In this document: positions 29,729-38,481 of the stretch, piece by piece | How positions within the stretch are numbered: the first letter of the stretch is position 1 | How the letters are laid out: the number at the start of each line of letters is the position of its first letter | Virus record (IMG/VR): IMGVR_UViG_3300037631_002865 | Span: 1 to 46,317 of that record | Length of the DNA: 46,317 nt | Direction: 5' to 3' (one strand) | Source of the DNA: a virus | Lineage: Duplodnaviria > Caudoviricetes | Position numbers and translations under genes: made by a program | Notes under the pieces: generated by a model | Database searches by the model: none | What the model was told of the DNA's origin: nothing | What the model saw: only the letters and a program-made list of their open reading frames with translations

Positions 29729-30613
29729 TTAGATTTTTGTAGTAAAACGTATGATATCACCAGCTTTTAGTGATTTTGTTATAGTAATAACGTTATTAAG
29801 TAAAGTAAAGTCAAAAAAGTGTTGGATTGTTTGTCCATTAACCTCAACTAGTAATTTTTCAACTGGTTCCATACTTGGGGTATCTGTTATTGTAAAGACA
29901 TTAGTGTCACTATATGTAAACTGTTCAACAACTATTGTGTTCTGATATGCTTTTGCGATAGTTCTTTTTATACCTTCGGGTGTTTTAGGAAGGAAACGTA
30001 GTGTTTCTGCATAGTATGCAAAACGTGCTCTTTGTAACTCTCCTTCATCTAATAAGCCAACTTCGTTTTTGTCACGTATATTAAATATACCATTTTGGCG
30101 CATCCAGATACGAGATTTTGATTTTCCATAGTCACTCAATCGTATAATACTTGCGGCTGTAATACAAAAAATCCTGTTAAAATTACTACGCTTAATCATA
30201 CTAGCAACTGTGGACCAATCTTGATTTACAATACTATCACGCAGTTCATATAGACCTTCATCCGAGTCTACATACAAAATATCACCGTTAATGATGTAAT
30301 ATAATAGTAATCCATCATATACGCATTGTGGTATACTTGTCAAGCCAAATGATTTAAGTTGTCTTAATAATGTTCTTTGATTACTTTGAAAATCAGTAAT
30401 CCAAATATTATATGCTTGTTGTTCAGTAATACCCTGATTAACTGTACCAACACCATAACCAGTTTGATTATAACCATTATACCGTGACATATTAAGAGTG
30501 ACCAACTGTACACGGTCACTTGCAGATATGGTTTCAATATCAAGTAATGTGTTCCAGTCTGGATCTTTAAGAACAAATTCATTCCAGTCAGTATTAAATT
30601 TTTCCAATATCAT
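29729..30613 (-). CDS. Degenerate GH24 lysozyme-like domain plus C-terminal beta-sandwich domain
   Basis: TGYG...GITEQQAYNIWITDF...IPQCVYDGLLLYYIING...VNQDW parallels GH24 (TIGYG..IT..EA...QxQFDALVSFxFNxG); C-terminal VEVNG...DF...I.I......GD.I. Confidence 0.55.
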   Translation of the reverse strand: MILEKFNTDWNEFVLKDPDWNTLLDIETISASDRVQLVTLNMSRYNGYNQTGYGVGTVNQGITEQQAYNIWITDFQSNQRTLLRQLKSFGLTSIPQCVYDGLLLYYIINGDILYVDSDEGLYELRDSIVNQDWSTVASMIKRSNFNRIFCITAASIIRLSDYGKSKSRIWMRQNGIFNIRDKNEVGLLDEGELQRARFAYYAETLRFLPKTPEGIKRTIAKAYQNTIVVEQFTYSDTNVFTITDTPSMEPVEKLLVEVNGQTIQHFFDFTLLNNVITITKSLKAGDIIRFTTKI

Positions 30614-32091
30614 CTCGGCTGTCTCCGTTCAACAGAGCTAGGGTCAGTGGCATTTGTTGCACCAGCTTGTCCAGACGACATTGAACTTCCATTTCTTTTA
30701 TCCACAACTTGATTACGCCGTGTTGCAATTTCACCAGTTTTATCTTCTTCAGTATTACTATTACCACTATAATATTGAGGAAGTTTTTTATCTGACTTTG
30801 GTTGTGTTAAATTAGATGTATCATAATCTTTTGTGCTTGTTCGTGCACTTGATGGTGCTTGTGCGGCTACTTTACTTCCTTGTGCACTGTGTCCTCCCCA
30901 AGGTTCGTGTTCTGGCACTCTTGGGTTGATACTAGTTTTAACGGTACGGTTTACACCTATATTGCCAGCTGTTGGACCAACTGCGCCAAATGCTGATGGA
31001 CCGTTCAAGTCTAACATACCTTCAGTACTAATTCTACCAAAGCCTGCAGCCTTGAGTTGTAAGTTTAAGTCAGTTGTTAGACGTATATCTTTATTTGCTT
31101 TAAGTTGTATTGGACCTGTTGATGTTTCCGCTTGTATACCAGCAGCACCACGTGCCATAATATTGAATGTATCAGCATCCATATTAATGTCACCTCCAGC
31201 ATAAAAGTTAAAGTCTTTTTCTGCATGATAACTTACACTGCCTGCCGCATATACATCTACATTACCCTCGCTGTCCAATTGCATCCAACTAGTGCCTTTT
31301 TGGTTTGTTATGTATACAATACCTGCACTGTCGTTTAGTAGCATTTGCGCACCGCCTGCACTGCGTAAGCGAATTAAATTATCCATTCCTTCTTCACGTG
31401 ATTGGTCTGGAACATAGTTTTCACCTTCTTTAAATGCAACTGTGCCATCATCCATTACAAAACTGTGTCCTGCTGGTGTTAAAAATCCTGCTACATTGCT
31501 TGGAGATTCTCGTCTACCACCACTACTGCCAATACCACGTATTGGGTCTAATCCTGTACCTTGACCGGCAACTGCATTTGCAACTGGATGTCTTGGTCTA
31601 GAATTTTGCTGTTGTTTTTGTCCAGGATCAATACTGGGACCAATTGTATCTTCGTTTTCGATTTTGCTAGCTGGTAAACCTGGTACTGCACTGTTTTTGC
31701 CAACAGTTGGCAAAACGCCAAGTAAAAACCCAGTTACATCATCACCAGTAAATGCAACAAGTACCTCAGTACCTGGTGCTGGTGGAGGGAAGGATGCACC
31801 ATATGTAACTGTAGCATCTAGCATACTAATTGAACCACCAAAAGGAGAAACAGTTCTTACTTTTGGAAATAGTTGTCTTTGCTCTCGAGTGTCTGTATCT
31901 CCAAATCTGTGTGATCCTAAAATTTGAACATATATTGCACCGCCATAATCTGCATCCGAAATTTCAATAACCTTAGCACTATATACACCATTTGGCATAC
32001 CCATGCCGCTTCGGTTCCCGCTTGTATATGCTGCAGGAACACCGATACTTTCACGGTTTAAATTTGTTGATCTATTTTGCTCTTTTGACAT
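30610..32091 (-). CDS. Baseplate central spike, gp5/VgrG-like
   Basis: OB-fold GVYSAKV...YGASFPPPAPGTEVLVAF; TPAGHSFVMDDG, IRLRSAGGAQMLLND, beta-helix repeats and RVPEHEPW.GH. Confidence 0.85.
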   Translation of the reverse strand: MSKEQNRSTNLNRESIGVPAAYTSGNRSGMGMPNGVYSAKVIEISDADYGGAIYVQILGSHRFGDTDTREQRQLFPKVRTVSPFGGSISMLDATVTYGASFPPPAPGTEVLVAFTGDDVTGFLLGVLPTVGKNSAVPGLPASKIENEDTIGPSIDPGQKQQQNSRPRHPVANAVAGQGTGLDPIRGIGSSGGRRESPSNVAGFLTPAGHSFVMDDGTVAFKEGENYVPDQSREEGMDNLIRLRSAGGAQMLLNDSAGIVYITNQKGTSWMQLDSEGNVDVYAAGSVSYHAEKDFNFYAGGDINMDADTFNIMARGAAGIQAETSTGPIQLKANKDIRLTTDLNLQLKAAGFGRISTEGMLDLNGPSAFGAVGPTAGNIGVNRTVKTSINPRVPEHEPWGGHSAQGSKVAAQAPSSARTSTKDYDTSNLTQPKSDKKLPQYYSGNSNTEEDKTGEIATRRNQVVDKRNGSSMSSGQAGATNATDPSSVERRQPR

Positions 32092-32105
32092 TTTAATCCT
32101 TTTAC

Positions 32106-34958
32106 TTAGTTCGTTGCATTATACATATTTACTAGCCAACTTGGTGTGCTATGGTCTCGTGTATCACCAGATCCGCCCCAATAGGGTGCAGCATTTGAAC
32201 TTAGGTTTGCACCAATTCCTGGTGTCATCGCAATATCATAATGATGTACTACACCACTCATATACAGTTCTCTTCCAGTTCCTTCATTAGGATTGGCAAT
32301 ACCAACACTTGGTGTTAACCCGTTTGCACGAGTGTCATTTAAGAAGTTTTGTGTATAGTTTTGTATAAGAGCAAGATCAGCAGGATTTTCCACAGATAAT
32401 AATCTATTACCATCATAAAGACTAATGTCAGCTGCATACCCATTATGTCTGCCACTTCCGCCAGGTCCTCTATTTCCGCCTCTTGGTGATATAACACCAG
32501 TTAGCCCAGTTGCTGCTGCTGCCGCTTCCATAGAACTCAATAATCGAGGATCTATATTAGATGTAGATCCTGTCGTATTATTACTACCAGTTATAGTACC
32601 ATTGCCAGATCCAGTTGCATTTGGATCAAGTGTTGTGCTAGTATCAGGTTGTTGTTGACTAGCAACTTCATTTGGTAGTACATCATTCTCTGGGTCTGGG
32701 TTAGGTCCTTGATAACCTTGCTTCAACGTTCTAGTTGGTTGTCCAATTACTCTTCCTTCTAGTAGTTGGTCCAGCAACTCTTCATTATTTGTATTTGTAT
32801 CTCTAAAACTTTCAAGTGTTTGTTTAAACTCTCCCATCATGTATGTACTAGTTACTGTGATAACACGATAAAGTGCAGTTATACTAAAATTAGTAAGCTC
32901 TTGATTCATAAAGCCTTCTTCATTTTCATAAACTGGCAAACGTACATTTAGAAAGTATCCAACACCACCAACATCATAGTCTGCTTGATTACTATTTGAA
33001 ATACTGGCTCCTTTTGGTTTACCTAACCAGTATGGATCTCCACGTATTTCAAGTCTTTGATCAACCATTTCACCAGTTGCATTAAGATTAAGCTCTAGTG
33101 CACCAAGCATTGCAGTTCCAGGGTCATCCAGTGTATCAGCACCACTAGCTGCTAAACTATCTCCTACTGTACGATAATCAAATTGCATAGATTCGTTAAG
33201 TTCATTTTGTACTTTTCGTTCTCGATGTGATCCAGCAAAAACATCACTTTGTGTTATATACCTATTTGTTATAGGATTAAGTTTCAATTCCGCTGGATTG
33301 GCTGTTCGTTCACGTAGTTCTGCCCCTGCTTCTTGTGCTGTTTTTTCAGTCGAAATCACCTCCTTTTTGGCGGCTTCTAGTTGGCTTTTATTGTCTTGAA
33401 TTTGTTGTTGTACAAAAAAATCTTCATTTGGTGAAACGTTAACTCCTATATCCGTCTTCGCTTCTAATCGTTCAATCTCACGTTTTATACTTTTAACCCG
33501 ATTAACAGCATCAACGTATTGTGCTTTTGCTTCGTAACTTCTTGCTTCTGCGGCATCCAGTCCTGGAAAGGATGCATTTGTGCCAAGTGATCCGCCAGCA
33601 ATAGGTTGCGTAACAAAAAACAAAGTGTTAAAACTTAAATCTAAATTCAGTACTTCACTATTAAGTCCAGTGTATGTGTAGTCATAACGTTTTTTTAGTA
33701 GACCATGGGTAAGTATATTGTTTAATCTTTTCTGTTGTAACTCAGAATCTTGTGTTAGTTGACCAAAACTTACAGGATCATGTATACCCTCTGGTGTAAT
33801 ATAAGCCTGAATGTTGTATATAAATTTACGCTGATAGCTTTTAGCTACTGGATCATAATTATTTTTATACTCAACTTCTGTTTTAAATGAAAACCATTTT
33901 AACATATCTGCCAATTTAGTAGATTTTGCTATGCCGTCATTGGCATTTGCTTTGGCAAATTGGTTTCTTCCAACAATTGGTATCTTTTTAAATTCTTTTG
34001 TTTGTAGTACTGCCGCTGCAACGGCTGCCGTCATACTTGTTCCTTTGTGTAACGTAAATTCAATAACATTACCTGCCGCTGACATACTAACGTTGCGACT
34101 TTCTTCAATATGTTCACCAGTAACAGCATCAAACACCCAGTCACGCCACTGGTCAGTTTCATCTATCGTTCCAAACTCATATATACTTGGATACATTCTA
34201 GCAATAGTTGTATCACAATGTTTCTCACATTCTCTGTTAAGTTCTGTTGTAAAGTTATCTAAAAATTCTCCAAACGTTGCAGCACGTACACTTATATCTG
34301 ATTTCAAGTGAAAGTCCATACGATTATATGCAGAATATTCAGTTTCAATAAATGTAACTTGATAATTTGTTGCACTATCAGTATGTTTTATTTGAAAGTC
34401 TGTAATGTCAGTAACATAGTAAAACGGTCCTACTTCTTTGTCTGCCATTGCACTGCCGTCTTGATTCCACCCACGGAAGTTTAGCTCAAGCAAATATGTT
34501 GCTTCTAAGTGATTTTCAAGTTTTAGTTGTTTGGCTGCTAGTATTATACGATTATAAAATGTCATACCAAGAACTTCAGTGAATGTAATATCAAAACTAT
34601 TAGCTACTGCATTTCTATTTTCTTTTGCAAATGCTAACTGTGTTTGCTGTATTACATTTTCAATACTAATCTCATTTTCAACACCTGTTTCAGCAAGTGT
34701 AATAAATTCTTTATTGTCAAGATTTTCTTCAAATTGTTGGGCTTTGAGTGGACTAATCATATGGATTGCCCAATTATAAGTGTAGGTATCGAATTGATTT
34801 AAAACATTTGGTTGATATTTACTTGCACTACTTCTAACAGCATCTCGAGTTTCGAGACTTGCATTTCTAGCGGCTTCTTGAGCGGCGGCAAAATTTCTTT
34901 CTGCTATTCGATCCAATGCACTAAGTTCACCACCATTGGTGTTATTTCTGATTGGCAT
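32106..34958 (-). CDS. Baseplate hub-like protein with C-terminal M15-type peptidase-like domain
   Basis: NVLNQFDTYTYNW, YLLELNFRG, KRYDYTYTGLNSEVL, LEIRGDPYWL, LYRVITVTS...GEFKQTL; a low-complexity linker is followed by SGRHNGYAADI...VVHHYD. Confidence 0.65.
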   Translation of the reverse strand: MPIRNNTNGGELSALDRIAERNFAAAQEAARNASLETRDAVRSSASKYQPNVLNQFDTYTYNWAIHMISPLKAQQFEENLDNKEFITLAETGVENEISIENVIQQTQLAFAKENRNAVANSFDITFTEVLGMTFYNRIILAAKQLKLENHLEATYLLELNFRGWNQDGSAMADKEVGPFYYVTDITDFQIKHTDSATNYQVTFIETEYSAYNRMDFHLKSDISVRAATFGEFLDNFTTELNRECEKHCDTTIARMYPSIYEFGTIDETDQWRDWVFDAVTGEHIEESRNVSMSAAGNVIEFTLHKGTSMTAAVAAAVLQTKEFKKIPIVGRNQFAKANANDGIAKSTKLADMLKWFSFKTEVEYKNNYDPVAKSYQRKFIYNIQAYITPEGIHDPVSFGQLTQDSELQQKRLNNILTHGLLKKRYDYTYTGLNSEVLNLDLSFNTLFFVTQPIAGGSLGTNASFPGLDAAEARSYEAKAQYVDAVNRVKSIKREIERLEAKTDIGVNVSPNEDFFVQQQIQDNKSQLEAAKKEVISTEKTAQEAGAELRERTANPAELKLNPITNRYITQSDVFAGSHRERKVQNELNESMQFDYRTVGDSLAASGADTLDDPGTAMLGALELNLNATGEMVDQRLEIRGDPYWLGKPKGASISNSNQADYDVGGVGYFLNVRLPVYENEEGFMNQELTNFSITALYRVITVTSTYMMGEFKQTLESFRDTNTNNEELLDQLLEGRVIGQPTRTLKQGYQGPNPDPENDVLPNEVASQQQPDTSTTLDPNATGSGNGTITGSNNTTGSTSNIDPRLLSSMEAAAAATGLTGVISPRGGNRGPGGSGRHNGYAADISLYDGNRLLSVENPADLALIQNYTQNFLNDTRANGLTPSVGIANPNEGTGRELYMSGVVHHYDIAMTPGIGANLSSNAAPYWGGSGDTRDHSTPSWLVNMYNATN

Positions 34959-35258
34959 TTAACTTGCTCCGAATGCTGTTGACTTTGATGGTACTTTAAT
35001 TTCTAAACCTGCTACAAAGTCATTAATTGGATCTCTTAGCTTATCACGATTATAGTGTACAAACACCCACCAGTATCTCGAGTTGCCGTAAATTTCAAAT
35101 GCAAATAAGTCAGGTCGTTTGTGATAACGATTGTCAATTTTAACCAGTTTTACTTGCTGACTAAGGTTGGCGTTTTTTAATTTTGGGTTATATATGTTCA
35201 AGTACTTTTTGTTTTGTGTAGTTTGCGCATAGTTACTAGAGTTTGAATAATTTGCCAT
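34959..35258 (-). CDS. Baseplate wedge gp53-like (LysM-like) protein
   Basis: YHKRPDLFAFEIYGNSRYWWVF..YN...L.DPI.DF.AG.EI.VP. Confidence 0.8.
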   Translation of the reverse strand: MANYSNSSNYAQTTQNKKYLNIYNPKLKNANLSQQVKLVKIDNRYHKRPDLFAFEIYGNSRYWWVFVHYNRDKLRDPINDFVAGLEIKVPSKSTAFGAS

Positions 35259-35866
35259 TAGATAAATCCTTTTCCGTATGCTGACCCACTAATAAAATCG
35301 TGTTTGCTAAAATCCTTTTTTTGCTTTGCTGGGTTAACTGAAACTAATAAGTCTAGAGCAATAGTTTGTACTGCTGGCAATGCTTGCGGTTTACCGCTTG
35401 CGCCAATCACTTCAACTAAATCAGTGTCACTTTGAAACGGTATACTTACATTTCCTAGTAGCACAGGTATATTGTTAAACATTTGTTCTCCAAAACTACT
35501 AAAATATAAAAGAGGAGGTGGGGTGCCTGCAACTGGTGATAGGTTAGCATCTGTAAACCCATAATACATTTTTGATACACTACGTAAGAAGTGAATAACT
35601 CCTTGTGTATAAAGATGTTCTTCTTGTGTAACATTACTAAATTGTGCTGTTACTTGTATAGTTGGACTGGGGGTTCCACTGTATGCATATGTTGTATAAT
35701 TTGTATGAGTTAAATTATAGGGTGTATAATTTACTGCTTGGTTATATACAATATCCGGCTGAATAGCAAATACTATACCGTCAGTATTACTTAATTCCGC
35801 CGCAGGGCCACTATAATAGCTTGCTGGACCAGTTAGTTTTGTTCTTGCTTCATTAGACACTGCCAT
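35258..35866 (-). CDS. Tail tube initiator/baseplate protein (gp48/gp54-like)
   Basis: THTNY...AY......IQVTAQF, HFLRSVSKMYYG, GTPPPLLYFSSFG..MFNNIPV; sits just before the gp53-like gene. Confidence 0.65.
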   Translation of the reverse strand: MAVSNEARTKLTGPASYYSGPAAELSNTDGIVFAIQPDIVYNQAVNYTPYNLTHTNYTTYAYSGTPSPTIQVTAQFSNVTQEEHLYTQGVIHFLRSVSKMYYGFTDANLSPVAGTPPPLLYFSSFGEQMFNNIPVLLGNVSIPFQSDTDLVEVIGASGKPQALPAVQTIALDLLVSVNPAKQKKDFSKHDFISGSAYGKGFI

Positions 35867-36443
35867 TTAGTTTATCCTTTATAAATTCATATACTTGTGG
35901 ATTAAATGTACCAAAGAAATCTGTAAATGCTTCTTGTCTTTTCTTTTCTTCTATACCATCCATCCGCATTACATTTCTAAACGTAGTAGCACTACGTCCA
36001 TCATCTTCTACTGGAACAGTGTAAATATATCCAGCTTCGTCACTACTTACTAATGGTTTGCCGTCTTGATACATACGTAAATATCCACCAGTTTTTAAAC
36101 GTCCTGCATCCTTTTCACTAAACACCAGTAGTACCGCAGTATTATTTGGATCTTTGTTAGTTAAGCTAATGTCAGGTTGATATGGACTAGTGCGTACAAT
36201 TTTGTCAGCAGGTATACCAAACATGTCTGTCATAATGCCTGTCTTTTCCTCATAACTAAACGGATCCTTTTCAGGTTGCGCATTTTTAGCAATTGTAGTA
36301 GCGATAAATACATTAGAGGAACCAAACTTACGAACAAGGTTCATGTAAACTTTATGATGACCACTGTGCATAGGCTGAAATCTACCTCCGTACATAACGG
36401 CAATATCAGTTGCTTCAGCTTCTGTAAGTTGTGAGTATCTCAT
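35853..36443 (-). CDS. HxGH-family nucleotidyltransferase (cytidylyltransferase/NMNAT-like)
   Basis: YGGRFQPMHSGH, DPFSYEEK and RSATTFR motifs; AGGAG Shine-Dalgarno. Confidence 0.8.
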   Translation of the reverse strand: MRYSQLTEAEATDIAVMYGGRFQPMHSGHHKVYMNLVRKFGSSNVFIATTIAKNAQPEKDPFSYEEKTGIMTDMFGIPADKIVRTSPYQPDISLTNKDPNNTAVLLVFSEKDAGRLKTGGYLRMYQDGKPLVSSDEAGYIYTVPVEDDGRSATTFRNVMRMDGIEEKKRQEAFTDFFGTFNPQVYEFIKDKLNGSV

Positions 36444-36462
36444 GTCTATTCTCCTATCATAC

Positions 36463-36470
36463 TATTTATA
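36463..36470 (-). promoter_or_regulatory. T4-type late promoter heading the baseplate operon
   Basis: Exact TATAAATA upstream of the Shine-Dalgarno and ATG 36443. Confidence 0.8.
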
Positions 36471-36503
36471 GCACCAGTAAACTACAACTATAACCAGAAG
36501 AAC

Positions 36504-36531
36504 TTGACATTATATCTAGATGTGTTATAAT
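36504..36531 (+). promoter_or_regulatory. Sigma70-type promoter for the phage sigma factor gene
   Basis: TTGACA-16 nt-TATAAT with an extended -10 TG. Confidence 0.8.
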
Positions 36532-36553
36532 AACACTAATTTAAGGAAAAACT

Positions 36554-37432
36554 ATGAGAAAACAGAATTATCTTAACAACAAGGATATGCTGAAGGAAAT
36601 ACATAAAAGTAAACTAACCTATTGTCACTCAGTTGATGACGAATATGGTAGATTTGATATCATTGTAGACAACTACGAAGATATTTTTGATCCAGATATT
36701 ATCCAACAAGCAAGAGAGAACAGAGCTAGTGTATTAAGTTCACAAGGTTATGAGGAATCATACAAAAGATGGCAAGACGCTGGCAGACGTACAAAAGATA
36801 AACCAAAGCAAGCTGAAACAAGAGTACAACCTGAAGAAATTGATCCAGACGACTTAATCTTTAGATTAATGACATTTGAACATGTACCTGGTGATTCAAA
36901 ACGTAAGACTAACCCTAAAACAGAAGCAGATCGTCACGTTAAAGTTAACTTTCCACCATTTAAACACTATGCAAAACGTGATGGTGAAACACAAGAAGTA
37001 GTACGAAGCCACTGGGAAGGTGGGATCGACAACGGAAAATTTAGCACAACACATGGACACACAACAAATGAATTAGCAAAGATGTATATTAAACTATGTG
37101 AGCGTTATAGTATGCGCAGTAATTGGCGAGGATACACGTATGTAGATGAAATGCGTAGTCATGCACTAATGCAACTATCTCAGATAGGTTTAAAATTTAA
37201 CGAAGCAAAGAGTCAAAACCCATTTGCGTACTACACAGCAGTTGTTACAAATAGTTTTACAAGAGTTCTTAATCTTGAAAAGCGTAATCAAAATATACGT
37301 GATGATCTGTTACAAGAGAACGGGTTTAATCCTAGCTTTAGTAGACAACTTGACCATGAAGCAGCGTCCAAAGCAAAATGGGACGAACAAATGGAAAAAG
37401 ATCGCAAAGAGGCAACTGGAACAAATTTCTAG
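36554..37432 (+). CDS. gp55: Late-transcription sigma factor, T4 gp55-like
   Basis: NYLNNKDML, SNWRGYTYVDEM, KFNEAKSQNPFAYYT....NSF.R.L..EK; gp55-gp47-gp46 synteny. Confidence 0.85.
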   Translation: MRKQNYLNNKDMLKEIHKSKLTYCHSVDDEYGRFDIIVDNYEDIFDPDIIQQARENRASVLSSQGYEESYKRWQDAGRRTKDKPKQAETRVQPEEIDPDDLIFRLMTFEHVPGDSKRKTNPKTEADRHVKVNFPPFKHYAKRDGETQEVVRSHWEGGIDNGKFSTTHGHTTNELAKMYIKLCERYSMRSNWRGYTYVDEMRSHALMQLSQIGLKFNEAKSQNPFAYYTAVVTNSFTRVLNLEKRNQNIRDDLLQENGFNPSFSRQLDHEAASKAKWDEQMEKDRKEATGTNF

Positions 37433-37438
37433 TTATAC

Positions 37439-37467
37439 TTGACAAATCCTAACATAGAGTATATTCT
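37439..37467 (+). promoter_or_regulatory. Sigma70-type promoter, probably giving a leaderless gp47 mRNA
   Basis: TTGACA-17 nt-TATTCT; ATG 37474 follows 6 nt after the -10 box and has no Shine-Dalgarno. Confidence 0.7.
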
Positions 37468-37473
37468 AACTAC

Positions 37474-38481
37474 ATGACATTTTTTAATAAAGCGGCGTGT
37501 TTTACTGACATTCACTTCGGAAACAAGAATAATAGTAAACAGCATAACAAAGACTGCGAAGATTTCGTAGATTGGTTTATTGCGAACAGCAAAGACTGTG
37601 AAACTTGCATATTTTTAGGCGATTGGCACCACCACAGAGCTGGTGTTAACGTTAGTACACTGAATTATAGTGTAAACAATGTAAGGAAACTAAGCGAAAA
37701 CTTTGAAAAGGTGTATATGATTATGGGCAACCATGATTTATACTATCGTGAGAAACGTGAACTTAATAGTTTGCCATATGCGGGCTTATTTGATAACGTT
37801 ACCTTAGTTGAAGATGTATTTCAACAAGATGATGTTGCATTAATACCCTGGCTAGTGGGAGACGAGTGGAAACACATCAACAAAATAAAAGCACGTTATA
37901 TGTTTGGGCACTTTGAGTTGCCACACTTCAAGATGAACGCAATGGTAGAGATGCCTGATCATGGTGGTATTAATGAAAGCCACTTGCACGGTCCTGAATA
38001 TGTATTCAGTGGACATTTCCACAAGCGTCAGCACAAAGGTAACATTCATTATCTAGGGTCACCATTTCCGCACAACTATGCTGATGCATGGGACGATGAT
38101 AGAGGAATGATGAAGTTAGAATGGGGCGGTAAGCCAGAACATTTAAACTTTGATGGTCCAAGATATCGAACTGTGCCACTGAGTAAGCTAATTGACGATG
38201 CTGACTCTATTTTAAATCACAATACATACTGTCGTGCTGTACTAGATGTGAATATTACGTATGAAGAAGCAAACTTTATTAAGGAAACGTTTGCGGCACA
38301 ATATCAATTACGTGATATTACACTAATGCCCAGTAAAAAAGAAGAACATGCACAAGATTGGCGGCAAGTAGACGATTTAGAGGTTGAAAATGTAGACCAG
38401 ATAGTGTATAATAGCTTAAATGCTGTAGACAGTGAAATGATAGACAAAAAGTTATTAGTGGATATATACAACAACCTATGA
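37474..38481 (+). CDS. gp47: Recombination endonuclease subunit (Mre11/SbcD-like)
   Basis: Metallophosphoesterase motifs DIHFG, LGDW, GNHD, GHFE and SGHFH. Confidence 0.93.
   Translation: MTFFNKAACFTDIHFGNKNNSKQHNKDCEDFVDWFIANSKDCETCIFLGDWHHHRAGVNVSTLNYSVNNVRKLSENFEKVYMIMGNHDLYYREKRELNSLPYAGLFDNVTLVEDVFQQDDVALIPWLVGDEWKHINKIKARYMFGHFELPHFKMNAMVEMPDHGGINESHLHGPEYVFSGHFHKRQHKGNIHYLGSPFPHNYADAWDDDRGMMKLEWGGKPEHLNFDGPRYRTVPLSKLIDDADSILNHNTYCRAVLDVNITYEEANFIKETFAAQYQLRDITLMPSKKEEHAQDWRQVDDLEVENVDQIVYNSLNAVDSEMIDKKLLVDIYNNL

Noticed and set aside
25788-35866. Bacterial T6SS, tailocin or eCIS locus
   Set aside because: The portal gene, gp55-like sigma, gp46/47 and late promoters indicate a phage genome.
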